Assembly: GCA_040387495.1 (NCBI GenBank)
Contig: JAZKDQ010000004.1
Span: forward strand, 1 to 64,000
Source of the DNA: Pseudomonadota bacterium
GTDB taxonomy: Bacteria; Pseudomonadota; Alphaproteobacteria; Paracaedibacterales; CAIOTO01
Length of the DNA stretch: 64,000 bases
Reading direction: 5' to 3'
Shown here: piece after piece, positions 40,975 to 50,711 of the stretch
How the letters are laid out: each line of letters starts with the position of its first letter
Position numbering within the stretch: position 1 is the first letter of the stretch
Translations under genes and position numbers: made by a program
Notes under the pieces: model-generated
What the model was told of the DNA's origin: nothing
Database searches by the model: none
The model's input: the letters and a program-made list of their open reading frames with translations, nothing else

Positions 40975-42741
40975 TTACCCTGCACCTTTCACATCCGGCA
41001 AAAAACCGCCCACTTGCGCATCCCACAGTGTTTTGTATAAACCTGCACGTGCCAGCAATTCATCATGCGTGCCATCCTCAACAATCACTCCACTATCAAA
41101 TACCAAAATTCGATCCATATGCAAAAGCGTCGATAAACGATGCGCAATCACAATGGTTGTTTTTCCTTGCATCAAATCCCAAAGACTGTCCTGAATTTCA
41201 CGTTCTGTTACTGAGTCCAGCTGGGACGTAGCCTCGTCCAACATCAAAATCGGGGCATTCTTCAGAATCGCCCGTGCAATAGCAATGCGTTGACGTTGTC
41301 CACCTGAAAGTTTCACACCGCGTTCACCAACCAACGCTTCATACCCATTTGGCAACTTTGCGATAAAATCATGTGCATGGGCACGTTTTGCAGCCTCAAT
41401 AACTTCATCATCCGTGGCATCATCCTTGCCATACCGGATGTTTTCCATCAGTGTCCGATGAAACAGCGATGGATCTTGTGGAATCATACCAATATTGGCA
41501 CGCAATGAATCTTGCGTCACATCCCGAATGTCTTGGTTATCAATTGTGATTCGGCCAGCGGTTACATCATAAAGCCGCAAAATCAGATTGCAAAATGTAG
41601 TCTTTCCGCCACCGGAATATCCCACCAAACCGACCTTTTGGCCAGCCTTAATCGCCACCGGCAGCTTGTCAAAAAGTGGGGTTGTCCCTTTATAATGAAA
41701 GCCAACTTTGTCAAATATGATTTCCCCTTTTGTGACACAAAGCTCTGTTGCGTCTGCTTTATCTTGAATATCCAACGGAGTCAACGCAACGTGCAACCCT
41801 TGCGTGATGTTTCCAATAATCTCAGAACCTTTTAAAATATCATCTGTCAAAATCCACAAGCAATCAATAAGCGACATGTTTATAGTTAGCAACAGGACAA
41901 AATCACCTACTGTCACTGTGCCAGCTTTAAAACCAGATATTAAAAAGATGATACAGCAAATTTCATATGCGACAAATGATAGTCCTTGAAAAAGAAACAG
42001 GTACAAAAACAGCCAATCTCGTCGTTGGTCAGCAATCACATATTCGTCAAGATGGCTGGTTAATTTTTTTAATTCAGTTTTCTTTGCTGCAAACAAGTGA
42101 ACACTCATCATATTGCTTAAAATATCAACCATTTGCCCCACAACGGTAGAACGCACCTCTGCCGCATTTCTGCACAAAGTCTTTGCTCGCTTAGAAAAGA
42201 AAATAGAACCTATTATAAAAATAACAATCCATAAAGAAAGCAAGAATGAGAATGTATAATTAATTGTCCAAACGGTTATTATAGCGATGATTAACGCTAA
42301 GGAATGCCCATAGAAATGATTAATACCCAGCCGCACTAAGTCAGGCACACCGCTCATGACATCTTTAATTTTATTCGCTAAATTACCAGCAAAATGATTT
42401 TATAAGAATGTTTGTGAATGCTCCATCATTTTAGACATTAAGACCTTGCCAATGGTGCGCTTTAATGGTGGATTGAAGTGAATCCATAATAAATCATATA
42501 TCCGAAAAATACTGACTCTAATCAACGACAACGAAAGAAAAAGAATAGCTGGGCCAGATAATTCATAAACAGCCGTTTGTGCAGTCAAAGTAGGTATTTT
42601 ATCTAACATGATTTTTAAAATATATGGGCTTACGCTTAGGTTTATCGCCCAAAAAGAAGCAATACAAAACATCCCAAAAATATGCCACTTAAACGGTTTT
42701 AGACACGTCGTAACAAACACAGTTATGCTGTAGTTTTTCAT
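40975..42741 (-). pseudogene. ABC exporter (permease + ATPase) with one in-frame nonsense codon
   Basis: HSQTFL-TAA-NHFAGNLANKIKDVMSG at 42400-42402 versus HSQTLFQDHFAGNLANKINDVMDG in the paralog; Walker A GYSGGGKT and LSGGQRQR intact. Confidence 0.85.
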
Positions 42742-42763
42742 GATTTCCACGTCAACCTCCTCA

Positions 42764-42865
42764 GTCATGCTCGGATTTAATCCGAGCATCTATAAAGATG
42801 AAAAAGCAAATAATTAAGGTGATATTGAACCAGCAGAGATACTCGGGTCAAGCCCGAGTATGACA
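42764..42865. repeat. REP/RPE-like palindromic element
   Basis: GTCATGCTCGGATTTAATCCGAGCATCT ... AGATACTCGGGTCAAGCCCGAGTATGACA. Confidence 0.8.
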
Positions 42866-42967
42866 CCATTTGAGCTTCGTTAAATGTATAGAGACATGCA
42901 AAGACATAGTCTTGAGTAAAAACATTCGCATTCAAGAAAATCCAGATCATTGGTTTCCGAATATGCA

Positions 42968-43246
42968 TTACTGGATAGAACAACATCCTTTATGGTGCAA
43001 TGGCTTTTCTGTCGCATCCTCTGTTTCATTTACTTTACTTTCAACAGGTTTATGTGATGCGGAATCAACCTCCGCCTTAGTATTTTCTTGTTCATGTGTG
43101 GATGGTTCTTTTTTATGAAGCACTGCTTTATTTTCTCTTTTTTTATTTATCTGCGCCATTAAGTCCGGGTCCATCGCGTTGAGAGAAGGGATAAGCAAAT
43201 ATCCCAAAATCCCGTAAATACTATATTTTCTTATTTCTTTTAGCAT
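42968..43246 (-). CDS. Small putative secreted protein ending in a CaaX box (GCCSIQ)
   Basis: SD AAAGGA, signal peptide ..LLIPSLNA-MD, hydrophilic body, TGT TGT TCT ATC CAG TAA. Confidence 0.7.
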   Translation of the reverse strand: MLKEIRKYSIYGILGYLLIPSLNAMDPDLMAQINKKRENKAVLHKKEPSTHEQENTKAEVDSASHKPVESKVNETEDATEKPLHHKGCCSIQ

Positions 43247-43463
43247 AATAAAATCCTTTCGTTGTTTTAACAACATTTATTCTTATATGTTCCTATAAAT
43301 GAAAACTTCCATATTAAACATACAATAACTAATCATACATTATTTTAACAATCAGATTTACAGAATTTGCATTTCAGGCAGATGAAATTTACGCTAAAAA
43401 ACAATCAGAAAAAGATCATCTGTGATGATGGCAGATAAACAGTTTATTTCGGCTCTAGTGGCC

Positions 43464-43991
43464 TTAAATACCTTTTAAAAAGGTTTCCAAAATATCGATT
43501 GACGAACCCACACTTTCATCAGCGGTGTGAATAACCTCATATCCCAGATCCGTGGCTTGATTGAGCAGATAATTAGCCCAATTATCCATATCCTTATTAA
43601 CAAGATCTGCCTGGTTTCTTTCGCTAATTAGTCTTCTATGTCTTTCATCCCGCTCCCCATGAATCAATACAATTGTGTGTTTTTTTACATTATGTTGCTT
43701 AAAAGCATCCCTGATAAACGTAAGCTCTGTTTGCCCTTCGATGAAAACAACATCTTTGTCTGAATGATTTTCTACGATAAGCCTCACCCATTCATACGTC
43801 ATATCTTCTTGCCACTTTTTACTTGATCCATGTCTTTCGATCATTTCTTCAACCGCAGGAACGCCGATAGAATCAAAGTATAAAAAACCTATATTTGACC
43901 TGTGTTTATATTTTTCAGATAAAGCTTTGGTCAACGTAGTTTTACCTGCGCCTGAGGCGCCCGATAAAAAAACAACATGTGCATTGGTCAT
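43464..43991 (-). CDS. P-loop kinase-like (AAA family) protein
   Basis: FLSGASGAGKTT, YFDSIGVP, FIEGQ. Confidence 0.8.
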   Translation of the reverse strand: MTNAHVVFLSGASGAGKTTLTKALSEKYKHRSNIGFLYFDSIGVPAVEEMIERHGSSKKWQEDMTYEWVRLIVENHSDKDVVFIEGQTELTFIRDAFKQHNVKKHTIVLIHGERDERHRRLISERNQADLVNKDMDNWANYLLNQATDLGYEVIHTADESVGSSIDILETFLKGI

Positions 43992-44027
43992 GATAAGCTC
44001 CCTGGAAAATGATTCATCTTTTCATAC

Positions 44028-45791
44028 CTAAACACTCTTTTTATCAGGCAAAAATCCACCTACCTGCGCATCCCACAATGTCTTATACAAACCTTTATGT
44101 GCGAGCAATTCATCATGCGTACCATCCTCGACAATATTTCCTTGATCAAACACCAAAATACGGTCCATCCGCAGCAGAGTCGACAAGCGATGAGCAATGA
44201 TCATGGTTGTTTTGTCTTGCATTAAATCCCACAAGCTTTCCTGGATATCGTGTTCCGTGACTGAGTCCAGCTGCGATGTGGCTTCATCCAAAATCAAGAT
44301 CGGGGCATTTTTCAAAATAGCCCGTGCAATAGCAATACGTTGTCGTTGTCCGCCTGACAGTTTAATACCCCGCTCACCAACCAATGATTCATACCCACTT
44401 GGCTGCTTTTCAATAAAATCATGTGCGCGTGCACGTTTAGCAGCTTCGATGACCTCTTGATCCGTGGCGCCAGCTCTGCCATAACGAATATTTTCCATGA
44501 GCGTTCGATGAAACAATGATGGTTCTTGAGGAACCATGCCGATTGACGCGCGCAAGGAACGTTGCGTCACATTTTGAATAACATGTCCATCAATAATAAT
44601 ATTACCAGCTGTAATGTCATAAAGTCTTAAAATCAAATTCACGAATGTCGTTTTACCGCTACACGAGTAGCCAACCAAACCAACCTTTTGCCCTGCATCA
44701 ATAACAACCGACAAATTTTTAAAGAGAGGCTTCGTACCTTTATAATGAAACGTGACTTTATCAAAGGTAATTTCCCCTTTGGTTACTCGTAACGTTTCCG
44801 CATTTAATCTATCTTTGATTTCAAATGGCGCTAACGCTACGCGCAATCCTTGTGTGATGTGCCCTACATACTCAGAAAAATTAAGCATATCTATGGATAA
44901 ATAAAAAAGACTGTCAATAATCATTATATTAAGAGTTAAAAGTAAGACAAAATCACCTGCTGATACAGTGCCATCCTTAAATCCTTTTATTAAAAGAATA
45001 AATCCAATGGCCTGGTAAATAACAAACGACAAACCCTGAAACGCAAACATTACTAAAAATAACCAATCACGTCTTTGAGCAACAACCACATATTCATCAA
45101 GATGTATTCTAAATTTTTTCGATTCTGCTTTTTTTGCCGAAAACAGATGAACACTTGTAATATTGCTTAAAATATCAACGATCTGGCCAATAACCGTTGA
45201 ACGTACTTCGGCAGATTTAGTGCATAATTTCTTAGCACGTATTGCAAAAAAGAGAGAGCTTGCAATAAAGATAATGAGCCATAAAGCGAGCAGCACTGAA
45301 AATTTATAATTGATTGTCCAAACCGTAAAAATGGCGATTAGTAATGCTAAGAAAAGCGTGAAAAAATGGTTGACGCTCAGCTTTAACAAACTTGGAATGC
45401 CGTCCATTACATCGTTGATTTTATTAGCCAAGTTACCAGCAAAGTGATCCTGAAAAAGTGTTTGTGAGTGCCCCATCATTCGTTTCATAAGGGTATCGCC
45501 TACGTGACGCTTTAATGGAGGATTTAGCTTTAACCATATAAAATCAGAAAACCGAGATACAATAATGATAAGCAATGACATTGATACGTAAAAAATTGCC
45601 GGGATGGACAGTTCTTCAATGGCGGTATCGGGTGTTAGACCTGGAATCTTATCCAAAATTATCTTTAAAATATAAGGCCTTAAACTGAGGTCAATCGCCC
45701 ATAAAAGTCCTATGATAAATTCTGCTGCCATCAAGAATTTAAATGGCTTAAGGCTTTCTAGAATAAACCCACGTATACGGTTATTTTTCAA
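44028..45791 (-). CDS. ABC exporter, fused permease/ATP-binding protein
   Basis: TM domain, GYSCSGKT, LSGGQRQR, LDEATS, IAHRLST; paralog of 40975..42741. Confidence 0.92.
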   Translation of the reverse strand: MKNNRIRGFILESLKPFKFLMAAEFIIGLLWAIDLSLRPYILKIILDKIPGLTPDTAIEELSIPAIFYVSMSLLIIIVSRFSDFIWLKLNPPLKRHVGDTLMKRMMGHSQTLFQDHFAGNLANKINDVMDGIPSLLKLSVNHFFTLFLALLIAIFTVWTINYKFSVLLALWLIIFIASSLFFAIRAKKLCTKSAEVRSTVIGQIVDILSNITSVHLFSAKKAESKKFRIHLDEYVVVAQRRDWLFLVMFAFQGLSFVIYQAIGFILLIKGFKDGTVSAGDFVLLLTLNIMIIDSLFYLSIDMLNFSEYVGHITQGLRVALAPFEIKDRLNAETLRVTKGEITFDKVTFHYKGTKPLFKNLSVVIDAGQKVGLVGYSCSGKTTFVNLILRLYDITAGNIIIDGHVIQNVTQRSLRASIGMVPQEPSLFHRTLMENIRYGRAGATDQEVIEAAKRARAHDFIEKQPSGYESLVGERGIKLSGGQRQRIAIARAILKNAPILILDEATSQLDSVTEHDIQESLWDLMQDKTTMIIAHRLSTLLRMDRILVFDQGNIVEDGTHDELLAHKGLYKTLWDAQVGGFLPDKKSV

Positions 45792-46306
45792 AACACCCTC
45801 CCGCTGTCTTTACCAAGACAAGAGATATTCTGTGGTGATAATAACCTATCCCCTTCCACACAACGAGGAGAAAGGATTACATCAAATCAACCAGGAGACT
45901 TCAGCCCTTCGCATGCACTCTGCGCAGCGTCTCAAAATCACCCGTTGAAATTGCTGCAATACGTCCTGTGATTTTCTTAAAGCACACGCGTGATACACCT
46001 TCGATAGGATGTAAGGTATTTAGACTGAGGTGGATAGCATGTGCCAAACTAAAATCCTTTCTAAAATTACATTCAATGTCCTTAAAAAATAATTAGAAAT
46101 CTGTCAAAAAAAAGTCAACTAGGTAGATACCCTGTTTATTTGTGTAATACACATTCATGTATTATCATATATTACCAATTAAATACATGTATTGCAACAA
46201 ACAACGTATACAGATATTTTTTTAAATGCATGTTAATTAAATAGTGTATATATGCACCATTCATGCTACTAATCTCTTTGTTAAAATAAAAGAAAAGCCG
46301 CAAACA

Positions 46307-48061
46307 ATGAATCGCCTAATCCTATCCTTAATTTTTTTAATAGCAACGCATACTGCATGTTTTTCAAGCGTAATTGATGTAGAGGTGTCAAGTGAAGAGG
46401 ACTTAAATAGTAGAAGAAAGGCAATTGCAGAGCAATATGAAGAATGCAAACGGAGAGAGGGATTGCAAGAATATAACGCTGATCCAATTTTTCAGCAAGA
46501 AACAGAAAAATTAAGAACAGAAGCTGACGACGGCATGATGGACCTTGCAAAAGCAGGATACGTAGAGGCACGCATTTGGCGAGGAAAGAGAGAACTTCAA
46601 CCACTAGAATTTCACCGTGATATGATTTTGTCCTCTTTAAAAGATGCAGAAGAAAACTTAAATAAAAAAGAAAATGGCATAAAACTCAAAGAAGTAAGCA
46701 AAAAACTCAAAGAAGTAAGCAAATTGCGCCGAGATCTTCAGGATATCTATGAACATCTTTGTGACAGTGAAAATGACTTTAATTTATTGAAAGAGTACAG
46801 GAAAAATAAAGTTAAAGTTGTTCATGATATGCAATATTATCAAGACAATAATATTTGTCCTTTTACGTTATTTGATAAAGATGAAGAACAAGAAGAACAT
46901 GATGAGCTAGAAAATCCTCCTTCTTTAGCTACACTACAGATATCCCCTGCATCTGCTCCAATTACATATGATGAAGTTGCTATTTTTAAAAAAAGCACAC
47001 AGAGGGTGCTAAACGAATTAATAGAAGTTGAAACAGTTTTACTGAAATCAAATGCAGCGACAGAAGCACTACACTTTATTAAACTCATTCGAGATCATAT
47101 TACCCAAAATGATTATCTAAATAGCGTAGACGATCGATCTGACGACTTTGTTAAATTTATTTTCAACACAATACGAGAATCTACAGACTACAGCTATGCG
47201 ACAAAACCTTCATTCCGCGCCATTAGCCATGTACGAGATGCATTATTTAGCGCCCTTATTCGACTAAGTGACGAAAATGTAACGTCAGCAGAAATTCTGA
47301 TGTCACTCACAAATTGCTTACTGACACCCTCAAATAAGGATGATATTCACGATACAATCGACTGCGTAAAAGCAGAACTTCAACTTATTGGTGAGATAAG
47401 GCGATATTTGTGCGCGCTTAATGGTCCTAATGATTACGCAAAATTAGTACATAAAAAACTCCATGCGGCTAAAGATGAAAACAAGATGAGACAATATTAT
47501 ATGAATGATACAGATTATGATTCATGGGTATTTGTTGACAGTTTGTTAGAACCTGCCAACAATCGATTCTTTACGCTTCAGACGTTTTTTATAAATGCAT
47601 CTTATAACCCATACAAAAATGTCATAGGCTCAGTAATGACTGGCTTTATGGATTTTGGTAGAAAACATTTTACGACAACACTCGCTGATATTGAAAAGTA
47701 CGCGCGAAATAAGAATAAAAGTGATTGCTCATATTACGTATACGTACAACCAACTGTAGGGAAACCAGTTCAAACTATTTTGATTTCTAAAGATGGCCCT
47801 TATAGCATTCGTTATCATCATGTAAAAAGCAAACTAACGATCGGGTATTTGCAAACTTATCCATATGACACACACGCTAATCGATGGATTTCAAATTCAT
47901 CAGGTCATTTAGTATGTGATGGCGAAAATGTAATCATAAAATATGCCAGATATGATGCATCTGAATTTGTGACGCCAGCAAACAGACTTCATAAAGATGG
48001 GTTTCTAAATGCCACGTCATATAGTGAAGAGGAAAAGTTGCTAGGTTATGCACATTTCTAA
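46307..48061 (+). CDS. Large orphan putative secreted protein
   Basis: Leader MNRLILSLIFLIATHTACFS; long uninterrupted AT-rich ORF with a 21-bp tandem duplication (KLKEVSK x2) at 46682-46723. Confidence 0.7.
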   Translation: MNRLILSLIFLIATHTACFSSVIDVEVSSEEDLNSRRKAIAEQYEECKRREGLQEYNADPIFQQETEKLRTEADDGMMDLAKAGYVEARIWRGKRELQPLEFHRDMILSSLKDAEENLNKKENGIKLKEVSKKLKEVSKLRRDLQDIYEHLCDSENDFNLLKEYRKNKVKVVHDMQYYQDNNICPFTLFDKDEEQEEHDELENPPSLATLQISPASAPITYDEVAIFKKSTQRVLNELIEVETVLLKSNAATEALHFIKLIRDHITQNDYLNSVDDRSDDFVKFIFNTIRESTDYSYATKPSFRAISHVRDALFSALIRLSDENVTSAEILMSLTNCLLTPSNKDDIHDTIDCVKAELQLIGEIRRYLCALNGPNDYAKLVHKKLHAAKDENKMRQYYMNDTDYDSWVFVDSLLEPANNRFFTLQTFFINASYNPYKNVIGSVMTGFMDFGRKHFTTTLADIEKYARNKNKSDCSYYVYVQPTVGKPVQTILISKDGPYSIRYHHVKSKLTIGYLQTYPYDTHANRWISNSSGHLVCDGENVIIKYARYDASEFVTPANRLHKDGFLNATSYSEEEKLLGYAHF

Positions 48062-48074
48062 TTAAAGTAAAAAA

Positions 48075-48518
48075 TTAGCCACCCATGTATTGGTTATGCC
48101 CGTATGAATTTTGCTGCTGCCCGTATGGGTTCTGTTGTCCGTAGGGATTCTGCTGCCCGTAGGGATTCTGCTGTCCGTAGGGATTTTGCTGCCCGTAGGG
48201 ATTTTGCTGCCCGTAGGGATTTTGCTGCCCGTAGGGATTNNNNNNNNNNNNNNNNNNNNNNNNNNNNNNNNNNNNNNNNNNNNNNNNNNNNNNNNNNNNN
48301 NNNNNNNNNNNNNNNNNNNNNNNNNNNNNNNNNNNNNNNGCAGCCTCTGGGGCAGCCTCTGGGGCAGCCTCTGGGGCAGCCTCTGGGGCAGCCTCTTCTG
48401 CAGCAGCCTGTAGAACCATGCTTTTTGGAATACTAAATATTCCTGAGAATGTGTGTATATTATTTTGCTTACATTGAATCGCCAGCAAAAAAAACATTAC
48501 TTTATATAGAAATTTCAT
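48075..48518 (-). CDS. Putative secreted low-complexity protein with (EAAP)n and (QQNPYG)n repeats, spanning an assembly gap
   Basis: Leader MKFLYKVMFFLLAIQC; the frame across the N gap cannot be verified. Confidence 0.55.
   Translation of the reverse strand: MKFLYKVMFFLLAIQCKQNNIHTFSGIFSIPKSMVLQAAAEEAAPEAAPEAAPEAAPEAXXXXXXXXXXXXXXXXXXXXXXXXXXXXXXXXXXNPYGQQNPYGQQNPYGQQNPYGQQNPYGQQNPYGQQNPYGQQQNSYGHNQYMGG
48115..48239. repeat. 18-bp tandem repeat (QQNPYG on the minus strand)
   Basis: At least 7 copies of TGCTGCCCGTAGGGATTT/C running into the gap. Confidence 0.95.
48240..48339. other. Assembly gap (100 N)
   Basis: Run of N between two tandem-repeat arrays. Confidence 1.
48340..48396. repeat. 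12-bp tandem repeat (EAAP on the minus strand)
   Basis: GCAGCCTCTGGG, at least 4 copies. Confidence 0.95.
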
Positions 48519-48759
48519 AATTTCAACGTAATCTTACATATATATTATATTACATAATAAGTGGAATTAAATTAATAAATGGTAAAGATTTGTGCATTGA
48601 TAATTTATATAAAGCTATTGTGATAAGATGATAAACAAACCATCAATACTATGTTTATAGCTACTACACAGAAATTCCACCATCAATCATAAAATGCGCG
48701 CCCATCAACTATGCTGTCTTTTCTGTTAAAATTAAAAAATTGCATGGGGTTTCTCATAT

Positions 48760-48939
48760 TCTAAATTTCAATGTTGCACCGGTGTGAAAAAGGTCTTACG
48801 TTCTTAAAAACATTACGATTAAAGCAATGGCACGTCAAAAAATGTGGCAGAAGTCACGTACTTTTTATTATCTGATTCAGGAAAGCATCTTAATAGTGTG
48901 AACGTCCCACTTGATGGTGGCGAATCGAATGCGTATTGA
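48760..48939 (+). pseudogene. Remnant 3' end of an SDR-family oxidoreductase
   Basis: FNVAP fragment, then KNVAEVTYFLLSDSGKHLNSVNVPLDGGESNAY* matching the SDR C-terminal pattern; no intact 5' part. Confidence 0.65.
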
Positions 48940-48949
48940 ATGATTGCAA

Positions 48950-49105
48950 CTATAGCGTGAACGTCATTTCCTTCACCAACACTCCTGGCACACTACAGCC
49001 ACCAATGGAGCGTTCATCATAGGTATCGGTTGCAGGCAGCACTTCAGTAAAGGCAGGGACGGCCTCTAGCTGCGTACCAAAAATCACTTAAATTGAGTCA
49101 GCGAA
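48950..49105 (-). pseudogene. Diverged second copy of the tldE 3' end
   Basis: FADSI*VIFGTQLEAVPAFTEVLPATDTYDERSIGGCSVPGVLVKEMTFTL* aligns without gaps to 50712..50867. Confidence 0.92.
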
Positions 49106-49266
49106 AATTGATTCAGCGCAGTAAATGCGTAAAATTTATATCAATATGTATTTTTTGATAATTTTTTTATTTTAAGATCACTATTGACAAATAAATTTGC
49201 GATGCTTACATAGGTATTAAGTAATTTGTAATATATTCAGCGTATTAATTTAAAAGGAAAACCAAA

Positions 49267-50508
49267 ATGAAAAAAACTAATAAGGCACTAATCTGTGCTT
49301 TTAGTTTATCGTTGTTAAGCAGTGTCGCATTTTCGAGCGACATGCAAGATGATGGCCGAATGGACGTAGATTCGGCAGTGAGTCAATCACATGCTACGAT
49401 AGCACGCACCAATATTGTTTCTGAGGATAGCCTGGCACAAAAGGGTGCTGTATCAGGTAAAAGTGGCGAGGATATCATTACAGAAGCAGTCACCGCAAGC
49501 GGTAATAACTGGTATTCCCCACCTGGTATGGATATGATTTTTGCCTTATTTCATGGTATCTTAGAAATGAATCCAACGCCGGAAAACGAACGTAAAGCTA
49601 GAATTATTGAAGGTGTATTTGGTAAAAATCGTGAGCACTTTTCACAGGAAGCATTAGCAGCAGATCCATTCACACAGTCAATGCGCGTGGCAGTAACATC
49701 AGATAGCTTTCTTGAATCTCCCGAGTCATTCACATCTAAATATGCTGGTGCATTTAAGCAGCGCTACAACACTGAACTAACGTTTACCGCAACATCTGCA
49801 ATGGAAGACAAAATTGTGATCGAACACATTTTTGATTTGAACAAAAATTGGCAACACAGAGCAAAGGAAGACATGATCCGATTTATACCAGCTAATGGAT
49901 TGCCACGTAACGTAAATGCCTTCGAATTTAAGAGACTAAAAATGAATTACTGCTTTAAGGATGGAGTCAATTTATTATCAATTCCATTTGTAGGCGATAG
50001 ATATGCCGCACTCTTTAGATATAATTCAACTGATAAAAATGATGTTAATTTCCCCACAAACAGTGATTTTGAAACGTTATATGAACCATCAAATGGCAAA
50101 TATAAAGCAAAATTCACTGAATTAATGGGGTCTGTGATGATACCTTTTAGCAGCATGAAAGCTAACAAAGTTGATTTTATACCTATTCTGGCAAATACAC
50201 CATTAAGCGCGACGTATCAAAATCAATTCGATCCACTTTTTTTTAATAAAAGGTCAATATTAGAAGTAAAGATTTCACAAGAAATTAAAAAAGCACAGTT
50301 TAATCATATAGGCGCTAGTATTTGTGTGAAAAGTAGAGCCTCATTCGTGCAAGCTGACAGCATGGGGAGTGGGAAATCACTTTATGTGCAAGGGCCTTAT
50401 TCACTAGCGGTTGCTGATCTTTATACGGGGAAACTTTGTTTTATGCAAAAGATAACGGATTTCGACTCTCTCGTTGAAATTGAAGAAGGGTATGACTCTG
50501 ACTACTAA
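49267..50508 (+). CDS. Divergent serpin-fold putative secreted protein
   Basis: Leader; NNWYSPPGMDMIFAL, HIFDLNKNW, NLLSIPFVGDRYAAL, VMIP, GPYSLAVADLYTGKLCFMQKITD follow the order of serpin consensus blocks. Confidence 0.65.
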   Translation: MKKTNKALICAFSLSLLSSVAFSSDMQDDGRMDVDSAVSQSHATIARTNIVSEDSLAQKGAVSGKSGEDIITEAVTASGNNWYSPPGMDMIFALFHGILEMNPTPENERKARIIEGVFGKNREHFSQEALAADPFTQSMRVAVTSDSFLESPESFTSKYAGAFKQRYNTELTFTATSAMEDKIVIEHIFDLNKNWQHRAKEDMIRFIPANGLPRNVNAFEFKRLKMNYCFKDGVNLLSIPFVGDRYAALFRYNSTDKNDVNFPTNSDFETLYEPSNGKYKAKFTELMGSVMIPFSSMKANKVDFIPILANTPLSATYQNQFDPLFFNKRSILEVKISQEIKKAQFNHIGASICVKSRASFVQADSMGSGKSLYVQGPYSLAVADLYTGKLCFMQKITDFDSLVEIEEGYDSDY

Positions 50509-50711
50509 TAAGATTGGTATAGGCATTTATAATACCATTATCCACGGGTATATCCCGTGGATTCACATCATTCACTTTACATACTTAGGCACGACCTAAG
50601 TATTAAAGTCATCTTTCTATAATCTGCAGGAAGCTGCTATGTTCATTTACACTAGTAAACTCTGCTTCTCGCCCTTTGGTTGCTTTATGCTCAAATTACA
50701 TGTGAACAGCT

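Noticed and set aside
42400..42402. Programmed stop-codon readthrough or alternative genetic code
   Set aside because: TAA terminates many normal genes in the window and the paralog has Gln here; a point mutation or error is simpler.
42742..42789. N-terminal extension MLGLNPSMTEEV of the ABC exporter
   Set aside because: It is read through the palindromic element; a GGAGG SD supports the start at 42741.
48104..48436. Plus-strand repeat ORFs or a CRISPR array
   Set aside because: Head-to-tail 18-bp and 12-bp tandem repeats without spacers; the plus-strand ORFs are shadows and cross an N gap.
50538..50603. IS200/IS605 end or mobile-element boundary (ATCCACGGG-TATAT-CCCGTGGAT; ATACTTAGG..CCTAAGTAT)
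   Set aside because: No transposase or tnpB nearby; both hairpins are adequately explained as terminators between convergent genes.
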